Notes under the pieces: model-generated
Told to the model about the DNA's origin: nothing
What the model saw: only the letters and a program-made list of their open reading frames with translations
Database searches by the model: none
Assembly (NCBI GenBank): GCA_963706025.1
Contig: CAVPLM010000003.1
Coordinates: forward strand, 352,001-416,000
DNA from: an uncultured Actinomycetes bacterium
GTDB taxonomy: Bacteria; Actinomycetota; Thermoleophilia; RBG-16-64-13
DNA: 64,000 bases
Direction: 5' to 3'
Part shown: positions 44,341-54,725 of the stretch, piece by piece
Position numbering within the stretch: the stretch's first letter is position 1
Layout of the letters: every line of letters starts with the position of its first letter
Position numbers and translations under genes: made by a program

Positions 44341-45064
44341 TTGGGAATTTTCTGGGATTCGATAAAGCAAGCCGTCGTGCTCCTCTTCAGCGGTGACGCC
44401 TACGTCTACGAAGTCATGTGGATGTCGCTCCGGGTCGCGGGCAGCGCCACGCTCCTCGGCATGGTGGTAGGCATCCCGATAGGCTCTTGGCTGGCTGTCA
44501 AGCGTTTCTGGGGTTGGGGGACGGCGGCGACGGTTCTCAACGTGGGTCTCATGCTCCCACCCGTTGTGGTCGGGCTTTTTGTCTTTCTGCTTTTGTCCCG
44601 CCAAGGGCCGCTAGGTCCACTCGGCCTGCTCTATTCGCCGACGGCGATGATCATCGCCGAGTTCTTCATCGCCGCACCTGTCATAGCCGCCATCACCATG
44701 GGAGGAGTGGCCTCGGTCCCCAAGGACGTACGGCTGCAGGCCATGGGCTTAGGAGCGTCCCGCTGGCAGAGCACGTGGCTCGTGATACGCGAGGCCCGCG
44801 TCACTCTTCTGGCAGGGATCGTAGCCGGGTTCGGGGCGGCTATCAGCGAGGTGGGGGCCGTGATGATGGTCGGGGGGAATATCTCGATCGGCGGCAACAA
44901 CCTGACCGGCACGATGACCACAGCGACTATGGCCAAGGTGCGGCAGGGCGACTATGCCATGGCCATGGCCTTCGGCCTCATCCTGCTGTTGCTCGCGTTC
45001 GTGATCACCTTTTGCACTCACTCGTACGCAGCAGGGGATCCGGCGTCGGTGGCTGCAATCGTGA
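44341..45064 (+). CDS. tupB: Tungstate ABC transporter permease (probable extra T at ~45012; the corrected frame ends WLQS*)
   Basis: LPPVVVGLFVFLLLSRQGPLG, GFGAAISEVGAVMMVGGNI, TMTTA. Confidence 0.9.
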
Positions 45065-45070
45065 CCGAGC

Positions 45071-46231
45071 TTGCCGCTGGGGAGGCTGCGACCAGGGGAA
45101 GAGTCTGACAGGGTCGCCATCGAAGCTGGGGGCCTTGTCAAGACATACGGCGAGCGGACGGTCGTCTCGGTGGAGTCTCTGCGGGTCTTCGAAGGCGAGG
45201 TGCTCGCGATCCTGGGACCCAACGGCGCCGGCAAGACCACACTCTTCCGGCTCCTGGCTCTGTTGGAACGGCCTGATGCAGGATGGGTGGCCCACTTCGG
45301 CCGGCGAGTCGGGATCCACGACCTGGCGGCCCGCCGGCGAACCGCCGCGGTCTTCCAGCGGCCCCTGCTCTTTCAGGGCTCGGTGGATGAGAACGTGGGT
45401 TTTGGGCTCCGCTTTCGCCGGCTCCCGCGCAGGGACGTCAGGGCGAAGGTGCGCGCGACACTGGAGCTCATGGGCATATCCGGTCTGGCCGACGCCGACA
45501 TGCGCACTCTCTCCGGAGGGGAGATGCAGCGGGTTGCTCTGGCCCGGGCCCTGGTGCTCGAACCGGAAATACTCTTTCTGGACGAGCCGACCAGCAATCT
45601 CGATGTGCACGTCCGCCGCCGCTTCCGGGAGGATCTCAGACGAGTGGTCGATAGTCTGGCTGCCACGGTGGTCATCATCACGCACGAGCACAACGAGGCT
45701 TTGGCACTGGCTCGGCGGGTGGCCGTGATCCAGGACGGGTCAGTGGTGCAGATCGGCACGCCGGAGGACGTCTTCACCCACCCCCAGAACGCCTTTGTGG
45801 CAGATTTCACCGGCGCCGAGACCATCTGGCACGGTGAAGCGGTAGAGTGCCGTGAAGGGTTGTGCATCGTGAGAACCCTGGCAGGCATCCCAGTGGAAAC
45901 GGTCGCGGAGGTGGACGTCGGGAGGTCGGTGGTCCTGGCGATCCGACCGGAGGATGTCGCGCTGGAGCTCATGGGCGTCGCTGCGGCGCCGGCGACGACG
46001 AGCGTGCGCAACCGGTGGTGCGGAGAAGTCGACAGTGTCACCCCAGCCGGTCCTCTGGTGAGAGTGGTAGTGAGGCTCGATTGCGAGCCCGGGGTAACGC
46101 CTGTCTTCGGCGGCGAAGGTGAGGTAATCTCTCTCATCACGCGGGCGTCGGCCGACGAGCTCCAGATCGGAGCGGGACGACGGGTGACCGCCAGCGTCAA
46201 AGCCACGGCGCTGCATGTGCTCGCCGGCTGA
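45071..46231 (+). CDS. tupC: Tungstate ABC transporter ATP-binding protein with TOBE domains
   Basis: GPNGAGKTT, LSGGEMQR, FLDEPT, TSVRN, SLITRASADELQI.G..VTASVKATALH. Confidence 0.9.
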   Translation: MPLGRLRPGEESDRVAIEAGGLVKTYGERTVVSVESLRVFEGEVLAILGPNGAGKTTLFRLLALLERPDAGWVAHFGRRVGIHDLAARRRTAAVFQRPLLFQGSVDENVGFGLRFRRLPRRDVRAKVRATLELMGISGLADADMRTLSGGEMQRVALARALVLEPEILFLDEPTSNLDVHVRRRFREDLRRVVDSLAATVVIITHEHNEALALARRVAVIQDGSVVQIGTPEDVFTHPQNAFVADFTGAETIWHGEAVECREGLCIVRTLAGIPVETVAEVDVGRSVVLAIRPEDVALELMGVAAAPATTSVRNRWCGEVDSVTPAGPLVRVVVRLDCEPGVTPVFGGEGEVISLITRASADELQIGAGRRVTASVKATALHVLAG

Positions 46232-46264
46232 GCAAAGAGCAAAGAAGGACGGCTTTCGGCACGA

Positions 46265-47509
46265 ATGACCACGGATATCGGTGACACGAAGACAAGTGAC
46301 ATGAGGAGTGCGAGTATCGAACCCGGTGAAGAAACCCGAGGGACCCTGTTCTGGCAGCCCTACCGGTCGGACGTGACCCTGGCGCTGTTGGCCGGAGGGT
46401 TATCGACGCGCATGGGAGAGGACAAGGCGTTCGCTGAGTTCGAGGGCGGCACGCTGATCGAGTGGATGCGGGACCGCACGGCTCCCCTTTTCCCTCATGT
46501 GTTCGTGGTCACGAGGGAGCCTTCCCGCTTCCACGGGTTGGGCATCCCCGTCGTCACCGACGCCCTGCCGGAGGGCGGCTCGGCTGTCGGCATATACACC
46601 GCGGTCCTGGCTTCTCCCACCGAGCGGGTGATCTGCGTTGCCTGCGACATGCCCTTCGTCACCCCTCGGCTACTGTGGGAGCTGGCGGACAGATCCACCG
46701 GCTTCGACGTCTTCGTACCCCGTCAAGGCGACTATCTGCAACCGCTGTGCGCCGTCTACGGCAAGCGGACACTGGATGCCTATCGGGAATTCATCATCTC
46801 TGGGGGCAGGCGCATAATCGACATCTATCCCGATTTCCACACCGGCTATCTGGACATGGACGACGGCCGCTACGGCGACCCCGAGAAGCTCTTCATGAAC
46901 GTGAACACTCCCGCCGAGTTGGAGGCTGCTCGGCAGGCTCTTGGGGAGAGTGGGGAAGGGGGCTGGCGCGCGGCGCTCCAGCCCCGGATCCAGGCCTTCA
47001 TGGACTCGTGCCCTCTGCCTATCGTGTCTTTCATCGGCAAGAAGAAATCAGGCAAGACGACGGTGGTTCTCGGCGTCATCAGAGAACTGCGCAGCCGTGG
47101 CTACCGGGTGGCGGCTCTCAAGCACGACACCCACGGGTTCGAGGTCGACATACCCGGTACCGATTCCTATCGCTTCCGGGAGATGGGGGCGGAAGTGGTG
47201 GGCATCTCCTCTCCGGACAAATACGTGTGGGTGAATAGCTGCCAGAAGGAGCATTCCCTCGGAGAGTTGGCCCGGCAGATACGGGAGCCGGTCGATCTGA
47301 TCATCACCGAAGGGTTCAAGCGGCAGGACGCTCCCAAGATCGAGGTGTCCCGCCGGGCCAGGAGCACCGAACTGGTGAGCACCCCTGACGAGTTGATAGG
47401 CATAACCAGCGACCAGAAGTTCCCCCACTATCCGGTGCCGCAGTTCGCGCTGGATGATTTCAGTGGATTGGCTGACCTGATCGAAAGGCGTATACTCGTC
47501 CGAGTATAA
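46265..47509 (+). CDS. mobAB: MobA-MobB fusion (Mo/W-cofactor guanylyltransferase plus biosynthesis protein B)
   Basis: LLAGGLSTRMGEDKA, VACDMPF, QPLCAVY, NVNTP; then GKKKSGKTT, LKHDTHGFEVDIPGTDSYR, EGFK..PKIEV. Confidence 0.92.
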   Translation: MTTDIGDTKTSDMRSASIEPGEETRGTLFWQPYRSDVTLALLAGGLSTRMGEDKAFAEFEGGTLIEWMRDRTAPLFPHVFVVTREPSRFHGLGIPVVTDALPEGGSAVGIYTAVLASPTERVICVACDMPFVTPRLLWELADRSTGFDVFVPRQGDYLQPLCAVYGKRTLDAYREFIISGGRRIIDIYPDFHTGYLDMDDGRYGDPEKLFMNVNTPAELEAARQALGESGEGGWRAALQPRIQAFMDSCPLPIVSFIGKKKSGKTTVVLGVIRELRSRGYRVAALKHDTHGFEVDIPGTDSYRFREMGAEVVGISSPDKYVWVNSCQKEHSLGELARQIREPVDLIITEGFKRQDAPKIEVSRRARSTELVSTPDELIGITSDQKFPHYPVPQFALDDFSGLADLIERRILVRV

Positions 47510-47543
47510 CGCTCAGGGGTCTCTTAGCGAAGGGTGCCGTCAA

Positions 47544-48524
47544 GTGAATCCGCCGATGGGTCAACTTGTTGATTATCTCCGTCTCTCCGTCACCGACCGG
47601 TGCAACTACCGCTGTGTCTACTGCATGCCGCCGGAGGGAGTGCCTTTCAAACCGCACGAGGAGGTGCTCTCCTATGAAGACATGGTGTTCTTCGTGCGCG
47701 CGGCCGTGCGTATGGGCATCTCGAAGGTCCGGGTGACCGGGGGCGAACCACTGGTGCGCCGGGACCTGCCCGATCTGATAGGGATGCTCCACGACCTACC
47801 GGAGATCCACGACATCTCGCTCACCACGAACGGGGTGCTGCTTCCCCGATTCGTCAGGGACCTCAAAGAGCAGGGGCTCGACCGAGTGAACATCAGTCTC
47901 GATTCGCTCGACCCGGGGCGCTATCGGCTGCTCACCCGGGGCGGCTCCTTGGAAGCGGCTCTCGCCGGGGTCGAAGCTGCTCTCCAGTTTGACGTTAGTC
48001 CGGTGAAGCTCAACGTGGTCCTGATGACCGAGTTGCTCGCCGAACTCCCCGACTTCGTGGCTCTGACCAAGGACCGGCCGCTTCACGTACGCTTCATCGA
48101 GTGGATGCCGGTAGGAGGTTGCGGTCCGCGGTCAACGAGTGAATCACTCTCCAAGGACCGGGTGATGGCTGCGCTGGGTGAGTTGGGGGCAGACGGATTG
48201 AGCGCCCTGGAGCCCGTTGCATCTCCCGGCGGGTGGGGCCCGGCCCGCTACTACCGCTTCCATGGACACGAGGGCACCCTGGGCTTCATCGGGTCTGTGT
48301 CGGATCACTTCTGTGGAGAGTGCAACCGCCTGCGTCTGACGGCCGACGGGCGGCTGAAGAACTGCCTGTTCTCGTGCGAGGAGATCGACGTCAAGAGCGC
48401 TCTGCAGGCTCGGGACGAAGAGGCCGTGCTGGCCGCGATCGCGGAATCCTTGGAGTGCAAGACCTTCGACAAGAACGTGCTGCCGGGCCGCACCGCCCGG
48501 GGGATGTCGCAGGTAGGAGGCTGA
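47544..48524 (+). CDS. moaA: GTP 3',8-cyclase MoaA
   Basis: [48 protein letters not shown]. Confidence 0.97.
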   Translation: MNPPMGQLVDYLRLSVTDRCNYRCVYCMPPEGVPFKPHEEVLSYEDMVFFVRAAVRMGISKVRVTGGEPLVRRDLPDLIGMLHDLPEIHDISLTTNGVLLPRFVRDLKEQGLDRVNISLDSLDPGRYRLLTRGGSLEAALAGVEAALQFDVSPVKLNVVLMTELLAELPDFVALTKDRPLHVRFIEWMPVGGCGPRSTSESLSKDRVMAALGELGADGLSALEPVASPGGWGPARYYRFHGHEGTLGFIGSVSDHFCGECNRLRLTADGRLKNCLFSCEEIDVKSALQARDEEAVLAAIAESLECKTFDKNVLPGRTARGMSQVGG

Positions 48525-48525
48525 G

Positions 48526-49601
48526 ATGGACGAGCCTCATTTGACCCATGTCGACTCGAGCGGCGACGCCCGGATGGTCGACGTGGGCGGCAAGCAGCCT
48601 ACCCGGCGCGCGGCCCGGGCGGGCGCGCGCGTGTGGATGGCGCCTGCCACCATGCGATTGCTCGAGCAGCAGGCCTTGCCCAAGGGCGACGTCCTTACCG
48701 TGGCTAAGGTGGCCGGCATCATGGCGGCCAAGCGCACCTCGGAGCTGGTGCCGCTCTGCCACCCGCTTGCTCTCACCCGGGTCGATCTCACTTTCACTAT
48801 GGTGGGCGATGAGTCCCGGGTGGACATAGAGTGCCTTGCTAGTACCGAAGACCGTACCGGGGTGGAGATGGAGGCCCTGACCGGCGCGGCCGTGGCAGCC
48901 ATCACCATCTACGACATGTGCAAGGCAGTGGACAGGGCGATGATCATAGGCGATATCCGCCTGCTCGAGAAGACGGGCGGCAAGGAAGACTACATGAGGC
49001 CGGACGATGAGGCCGCGGTCTCCCCCGGCTCCGCGCCAACGGTCGCCGCCGGCTCCTGGCCAACGGTGGCCCCGGCTCCGCGCCAACGGTTGCCGTCGGG
49101 ACGGTCGTTGCGGTGAACGTCAGCGAGGCCAAAGGCGAGCGCAAGAAGCCCGTAGCGGAAGTCTTCCTGCGTCCGGAGCATGGCATCGAGGGCGACGCGC
49201 ATGCCGGATCCTGGCACCGGCAGGTCAGCCTGTTGGCCCAGGAATCCATCGACAAGATGACTGCTCAGGGCTTGGATGTCGGCCCCGGAGACTTCGCCGA
49301 GAACGTCACGGTGTCCGGTTTGGAAGTGGCGGCGCTGCCCCTCGGGACCACCCTCGAATTGGGAGAGGCGCTGGTGGAGGTGACCCAGATCGGCAAGGAG
49401 TGCCATACTCGCTGCGCCATCTATCAGCAGGCCGGAGACTGCGTGATGCCCCGTGAAGGCATCTTCGTCCGCGTGCTGCGGGAAGGCCGCGTGGCGCCGG
49501 GAGACCCGGTCCGCGTCCGCGCCTGGGGCTTGGGCGATCAGGGCACCGCCGACCGCGGGCCCGTAGACCAGGGATCCGCCGACTCACGGGTGGGCTCGTG
49601 A
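48526..49601 (+). CDS. moaC: MoaC fused through a repeat linker to a MOSC domain (1-nt deletion at C-run 49070-49073), or adjacent moaC and MOSC genes
   Basis: [35 protein letters not shown]; MOSC part [45 protein letters not shown]. Confidence 0.88.
49024..49094 (+). repeat. 24-bp tandem repeat x3 (third copy 23 bp) encoding (P/A)GS(A/W)PTVA
   Basis: CCCGGCTCCGCGCCAACGGTCGCC / GCCGGCTCCTGGCCAACGGTGGCC / CCGGCTCCGCGCCAACGGTTGCC. Confidence 0.85.
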
Positions 49602-50140
49602 CCGGCGCGAGCGCGAGCGACCCCCGTGCCCGGCGCCAAATGCGCGCGGCTGTGGTGACCCTGAGCGACAAGGCCAGCGTGGGCCTGCGAGCCGACGCCT
49701 CGGGACCCTTGCTGCGAGAACTGTTAGAAGGAGTGGGGGCAGTTGTGGTCGGTCCCTACGTGGTGCCCGACGAGCAGGCCCAGATCGAGCAGACCCTGGC
49801 CACTCTCGCGGATGAGGGTGATCTGGACCTGATCCTCACCACAGGGGGGACCGGCCTTGCGCCGCGCGATCGAACTCCTGAGGCTACCCGAGCGGTGGCC
49901 GATCGCCTCGCGCCGGGATTCGCCGAGGCCATGCGTGCCGCCTCCCTGTCGGTGACTCCTCATGCCATGTTGAGCCGGGCGACGGCCGCCGTGCGGGGGA
50001 GGACTCTCATCGTCAACATGCCGGGGAGCCCCAAGGCCTGCCGGGAGCATTTCGCCGTCATCGCCCCCGTCTTGGACCATGCGATAGAGACTCTGCGGGG
50101 GGAAGCGTTCGAGTGTGCTTCGCCGGAGGGCTCGGCCTAG
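49598..50140 (+). CDS. mog: MogA/MoaB molybdopterin adenylyltransferase
   Basis: VTLSDKAS..DASG, ILTTGGTGLAPRDRTPEAT, AMLSRATA, NMPGSPKA. Confidence 0.93.
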   Translation: MTGASASDPRARRQMRAAVVTLSDKASVGLRADASGPLLRELLEGVGAVVVGPYVVPDEQAQIEQTLATLADEGDLDLILTTGGTGLAPRDRTPEATRAVADRLAPGFAEAMRAASLSVTPHAMLSRATAAVRGRTLIVNMPGSPKACREHFAVIAPVLDHAIETLRGEAFECASPEGSA

Positions 50141-50144
50141 GGTC

Positions 50145-51140
50145 CTAAGGGGTCGCCTGCTCCGCCTTTTGCTGCTTGGCTCGGTAGAGACTGGCGTCGG
50201 CTTCCTGCAGTAGGACCTCGGCTTCCACCCCGTCCTCGGGGCAGGCGGAAACGCCGAAGCTGACCTGGAGGCTGGTGAAAGACCGTCCCAGCTTGAACCG
50301 GGTCTTCGCCACCGATTCGGCGATTCTTCGTCCCACCATCTGGATGGCGTTCTTCTCCGCCTCCGGCATCAGGACTAAGAATTCGTCTCCACCGAACCGG
50401 CAGGGGATATCCACGTCCCGTACGTTCATCTGCATGAGCGTGCCCAGGTGCTTGAGAGCCGAGTCACCGGCCGCGTGTCCGAAGGTGTCGTTGACCCACT
50501 TGAGGTTGTCGAAATCGAGCATGAGAAGGGCGAACGGGTGGCGATAGCGCTTGTACATCTCTGCGTGCCGCTCCAGTTCCTGCTCTAGAAACCGACGATT
50601 GTGCAGCCCGGTCAGCGCGTCGGTGTGGGCCAGACGGTCGAGTTCGGTGCTCGACTGCTCGTGGTAGGCCTCAGCGGCCGAAGCGAAGATCTGGTGCAAC
50701 CCGCGACGCAGGATGCGCACCAAGTCCAGCACCTCCTGGTCCTGGTGGCGCATGTTCTCCGAAAGCCGGTCCCAGATCGCGTCCTCGAGATTGTCGAGAC
50801 TGTACGCCAGGGACCCGATCGTGCCACTCTCGCCTCTTTGAAGCAGGCCCAAGCTCGCGGCCTGGCCGTAGTAGAGACCGCCGGCCTCGAACTGGGCAAG
50901 AGTCGTCTCGTCTCCCAGGCAGTTGGCCAGCCCTTCGATAAGTTCCACCGACGTACGGATACTGTCCTGGGTGGGGAACCGCTCCAGGGCGTCGAGGTCG
51001 TCGATCTGACTGATGAGACGGCTGAGCCAGCTCTTGGTGATGTCGAGCTTGTACAGGTCGAGGATACGCCTGGCCTTTTCCAGAACTGCGCCGGGCTCGG
51101 TCACCGCACTCGGCCCCCCAGGATCGCTTACCCTTTGCAC
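50145..51140 (-). CDS. Diguanylate cyclase with N-terminal helical (RsbRD_N-like) domain
   Basis: TDALTGLHNRR, DFDNLKWVNDTFGHAAGD, I-site RDVD, RFGGDEF. Confidence 0.92.
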   Translation of the reverse strand: MQRVSDPGGPSAVTEPGAVLEKARRILDLYKLDITKSWLSRLISQIDDLDALERFPTQDSIRTSVELIEGLANCLGDETTLAQFEAGGLYYGQAASLGLLQRGESGTIGSLAYSLDNLEDAIWDRLSENMRHQDQEVLDLVRILRRGLHQIFASAAEAYHEQSSTELDRLAHTDALTGLHNRRFLEQELERHAEMYKRYRHPFALLMLDFDNLKWVNDTFGHAAGDSALKHLGTLMQMNVRDVDIPCRFGGDEFLVLMPEAEKNAIQMVGRRIAESVAKTRFKLGRSFTSLQVSFGVSACPEDGVEAEVLLQEADASLYRAKQQKAEQATP

Positions 51141-51304
51141 GGGCTAACCTCTTCGCTCAGGATGTAAACATACACTCATTTTATAATCTCTTTGCCCAAA
51201 CGCGCAAGCCCGTGACGCATGTCCTCTCTCTGATAGTATCTCGGATAGAAGTGGGTATATGTTTAGTGCGGACGGGCAGTAGGCGCAAGTGCGTTGGAGG
51301 CCCC

Positions 51305-52429
51305 GTGAGAATAGGATTCGACGCCAGAGCGATACGTTACCGGGGCATCGGGACCTATTCCCGGAACCTGCTTAGCCACTTGGCGGGTTCCGATATCGAG
51401 TTCGTCGTCTTCTGTCAGGACCAGGAGAAGGACACCATACCCCCGTCCGACTCGTTCACCCTGGTATCCGCCAACATGAACCCTCTGGCGCCGCACGGAC
51501 GGGCGGCCTTCAGGAACCTGGTGGAGAGAAGTGGGGTAGATCTGCTGCATGTGCCGAGTTCTTGGGCGCCCACCCCGGTACCGGTCCCCTTCGTGTCGAC
51601 CGTCCACGACGTTACCCCGCTCCTTTATCCGCGCAGCCTGCCACGGGTCCTTCGCCTGCGCTACAAGCGGCAGCTTGGACGCACCCTGCAGGAGGCGCGT
51701 CGGATCATCACCGTCTCGCAGATCTCCTTCTCGGCTCTCAGCGCGTACGCCGGGGTGGATGCCGCGAAGGTTAGGGTCATACACAACGGTGTGTCGGAGA
51801 GATTTCGGCCTCAGACCACGCCGGAAACGCTGCTGGCCGTACGGCACCGCTACGCACTGCCCGAGAGATTCGTCTTCTGGGTGGGCGACTTCCGCCCCGA
51901 GAAGAACCTGGTCTTTTTGATCCAGGCCTGGGCGCGGCTCCAAAAGAGGCTACCGGAGCCCTTGCCTCTGGTGTTGGCGGGAGCTCAGGCGGGAGAGTTC
52001 CAGAAGCTCAAGAAAGACGTGGGCCGGCACGGTATCGAAGGGGCGGTGCTCTTCCCGGGCTTCATCCGGGATGACGACCTGCCGGCTATGTATTCGGCGG
52101 CTACCGTGTTCGTGTTCCCCTCGCTGTACGAGGGTTTCGGCCTGCCTCCCCTCGAAGCCATGGCCTGCGGCACGCCCTGCGTGGTGTCCAACTCATCGTC
52201 TTTGCCCGAGGTGACAGGCTCCGCAGCCCTGCTGTTCAACCCCACTTCGCTCGACGACTTCGAAGACTGCATGCTCCGGGTCCTCACCCAGCCCGATCTC
52301 TACGAGAGGCTGCAGCAGGAGGGTTTGAAACAGTCGGCCCTTTTCCCCTGGAGCAAGGCGGCCGGCGAGACTCTCCAGGTCTACCGGGCAGTCTGGGACG
52401 AGACGCGGACGCAGGCACCCCGCCGCTGA
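51305..52429 (+). CDS. GT4 glycosyltransferase (group 1)
   Basis: RIGFDAR..GIGTY, TVHD, PEKN, FPSLYEGFGLPPLEAMACGTP. Confidence 0.93.
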   Translation: MRIGFDARAIRYRGIGTYSRNLLSHLAGSDIEFVVFCQDQEKDTIPPSDSFTLVSANMNPLAPHGRAAFRNLVERSGVDLLHVPSSWAPTPVPVPFVSTVHDVTPLLYPRSLPRVLRLRYKRQLGRTLQEARRIITVSQISFSALSAYAGVDAAKVRVIHNGVSERFRPQTTPETLLAVRHRYALPERFVFWVGDFRPEKNLVFLIQAWARLQKRLPEPLPLVLAGAQAGEFQKLKKDVGRHGIEGAVLFPGFIRDDDLPAMYSAATVFVFPSLYEGFGLPPLEAMACGTPCVVSNSSSLPEVTGSAALLFNPTSLDDFEDCMLRVLTQPDLYERLQQEGLKQSALFPWSKAAGETLQVYRAVWDETRTQAPRR

Positions 52430-52464
52430 AGCCGCCCCCCAGGTGGGCCGGGCGGGCGGTAGGT

Positions 52465-52497
52465 TTGCTTATTCCTTCACAACCACTGTGCTAGACT
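52465..52497 (+). promoter_or_regulatory. Putative Rex operator and extended -10 promoter upstream of rex
   Basis: TTGCTTA-TTCC-TTCACAA versus Rex consensus TTGTGAA-N4-TTCACAA (right half perfect); TGcTAGACT at 52489-52497. Confidence 0.55.
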
Positions 52498-52549
52498 CGA
52501 CCCACGGTCCGGGTCGTCGGGCGATATTGGGCGTCGTTCTGGAGGCTGT

Positions 52550-53197
52550 GTGAGCAAGTCAGCGGGAAAGGCGGGTGTTCCCCAGGTGGCCGTTCCCCGG
52601 CTCGCCGGCTACCTGCGGCTGCTGCATCGTCTGGATAAACAGGGGATCAGCAGGATCTCCTCCCGAGAGATGGCCGACCGGTTGGAGGGCAATGCCGCTC
52701 AGATCCGCAAAGACCTCAGCTACTTCGGCGAGTTCGGAGTGCGGGGTGTCGGTTACCAGGTCAAGTTCCTCATCTCCGAGCTATCCCGCTGCCTGGGCGT
52801 CGACCGGAAGTGGAGCATGGTGATCCTGGGGGCTGGGCCGACGGGTCTGGCCTTGGCTCGCCATGGCGGTTTCGGGGGCGAGGGTTTCGACTGTGTAGGC
52901 GTGTTCGACCTTGACGGCGGGACCGTGGGAGAGCAGGTCGGCGGTCTCGCTGTGAGACCCATCGACGAGGCTGTGGATGTCATCCGCGATCGCCGCGCGC
53001 AGATCGCCGTGCTGGCAGTGCCTGCGGAGTCGGCGGTGGAGATGGCCATGCTGGCGGTGGAGGGAGGCGTCAAAGGCATCCTGAACTTTGCTCCGGTGCG
53101 GCTGCCGGCTTTCAAAGGTGTGTTCGTCCATCAACTGGATCTCTCCACCGAGCTTATGGTGATCAGCTTCCATCTGTCCCGGGAGCCTCAGCCGTGA
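52550..53197 (+). CDS. rex: Redox-sensing repressor Rex
   Basis: RLAGYLR, ISS.EMA, AQIRKDLSYFGEFGVRGVGY, GAGPTG, ILNFAP. Confidence 0.95.
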   Translation: MSKSAGKAGVPQVAVPRLAGYLRLLHRLDKQGISRISSREMADRLEGNAAQIRKDLSYFGEFGVRGVGYQVKFLISELSRCLGVDRKWSMVILGAGPTGLALARHGGFGGEGFDCVGVFDLDGGTVGEQVGGLAVRPIDEAVDVIRDRRAQIAVLAVPAESAVEMAMLAVEGGVKGILNFAPVRLPAFKGVFVHQLDLSTELMVISFHLSREPQP

Positions 53198-53207
53198 CCC
53201 AACACGG

Positions 53208-54716
53208 ATGAAAGATCTGCGCGACTTCATCAAGCTCCTACGGGACCGCGGGCAGCTGGCCATCGTGGATACGCCGGTCGACCCGATCTTGGAGATCACC
53301 GAGATCGCGGACCGGGTGGTCAAGGCCGGAGGCCCCGCCCTGCTCTTCACGCGCCCGAAAGGTTACAGGGTGCCGGTCTTCATCAATCAGTTCGGCAGTG
53401 ACGAACGGATGTGCCTGGCTTTGCGTTCGGGATCTTACGACGACCTGGCAGCCCGCGTGGAGGGCCTGACCTCCCTGGAAGTGCCCGGCTCCACCTGGGA
53501 GAAGCTCAAAGCCCTGGCGCGGCTCAAGGAGCTGGCCTCGGTGCAGCCCCAGATAGTGAAGACCGGAGCCTGCCAGGACGTTGTCCTCACCGGGGATCAG
53601 ATCGATCTGGATATGCTCCCCATCCTGCAATGTTGGCCTTTGGACGGGGGTCGCTATATCACTTTGCCGCTGGTGTTCACGCGTCACCCGCAGACGGGCC
53701 GCCGGAACGTGGGCATGTACCGTCTTCAGGTCTACGACAAGCGCACCACCGGTCTGCACTGGCACCTGCACAAGGATGCCGCCGAGCACTACCGGGCAAC
53801 GGAGGGTCGCATGGAGGTGGCGGTAGCCATCGGCACCGATCCAGCGCTCACCTACGCCGCCACCGCCCCCTTGCCTGCCATGATCGATGAGATGACGTTC
53901 GCCGGTTTCTTACGCGACAAGGCGGTGGAGCTGGTCCGTTGCCGCACGGTCGATCTGCAGGTCCCCGCGCACGCCGAGTTCGTGCTCGAAGGCTACGTGG
54001 ATCTCGAGGAGTCCCGCGTGGAGGGGCCTTTCGGCGACCACACCGGTTACTACTCTCTGGCCGATCCGTATCCGGTCTTCCATCTTACCGCTCTCACGCA
54101 CCGGCGCGATCCCGTGTACTCCACGACCATCGTGGGCCGGCCACCGATGGAGGATACGTATCTAGGCAAGGCCACCGAGCGCCTGTTCCTGCCGCTTTTG
54201 CGCCTCATTCTCCCGGAGCTGGTGAATCTGGACCTGCCCCAAGAAGGTGGCTTCCACAACTGCGCCTTGGTATCGGTAGACAAGCGTTATCCCCTGCATT
54301 CGCGCAAGGTGATGCACGCTCTCTGGAGCACGGGGCAGATGCAGTTCTGCAAATGCATCGTGGTGTTGGATGCGGATGTCGATGTGCACGACTACGCCGA
54401 AGTCGCCTGGCGGGTGTTCAACAATGTCGATTGGAAGCGCGACGTGATGGTCTCGGACGGCCCGTTGGACGTGCTCGATCACTCGGCCCCGCAGCCGCTC
54501 TGGGGCGCCAAGATCGGTATCGACGCCACCAAGAAAGGCCCGAATGAGGGCCATGACCGCGAGTGGCCGCCCGACGTAGAGATGTCGGAGGAAGTGAAGG
54601 CGCGGATCGATGAGATGTGGCCCGGACTTAAGCTGGGCCAGTGGCCCGGGGCGGCCGGCGACGGGGCGGCTTCCGGCCAGGCGGCAGGAGACGAGGCGGG
54701 GGCCACGGGAGTCTAG
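53208..54716 (+). CDS. UbiD-family menaquinone biosynthesis decarboxylase (MqnL-like)
   Basis: EITEIADRVVK.GGPALLF, RNVGMYRLQ, EGPFGDHTGYY, VGRPPMED, DVLDHS. Confidence 0.92.
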   Translation: MKDLRDFIKLLRDRGQLAIVDTPVDPILEITEIADRVVKAGGPALLFTRPKGYRVPVFINQFGSDERMCLALRSGSYDDLAARVEGLTSLEVPGSTWEKLKALARLKELASVQPQIVKTGACQDVVLTGDQIDLDMLPILQCWPLDGGRYITLPLVFTRHPQTGRRNVGMYRLQVYDKRTTGLHWHLHKDAAEHYRATEGRMEVAVAIGTDPALTYAATAPLPAMIDEMTFAGFLRDKAVELVRCRTVDLQVPAHAEFVLEGYVDLEESRVEGPFGDHTGYYSLADPYPVFHLTALTHRRDPVYSTTIVGRPPMEDTYLGKATERLFLPLLRLILPELVNLDLPQEGGFHNCALVSVDKRYPLHSRKVMHALWSTGQMQFCKCIVVLDADVDVHDYAEVAWRVFNNVDWKRDVMVSDGPLDVLDHSAPQPLWGAKIGIDATKKGPNEGHDREWPPDVEMSEEVKARIDEMWPGLKLGQWPGAAGDGAASGQAAGDEAGATGV

Positions 54717-54725
54717 GGTGCCGGC

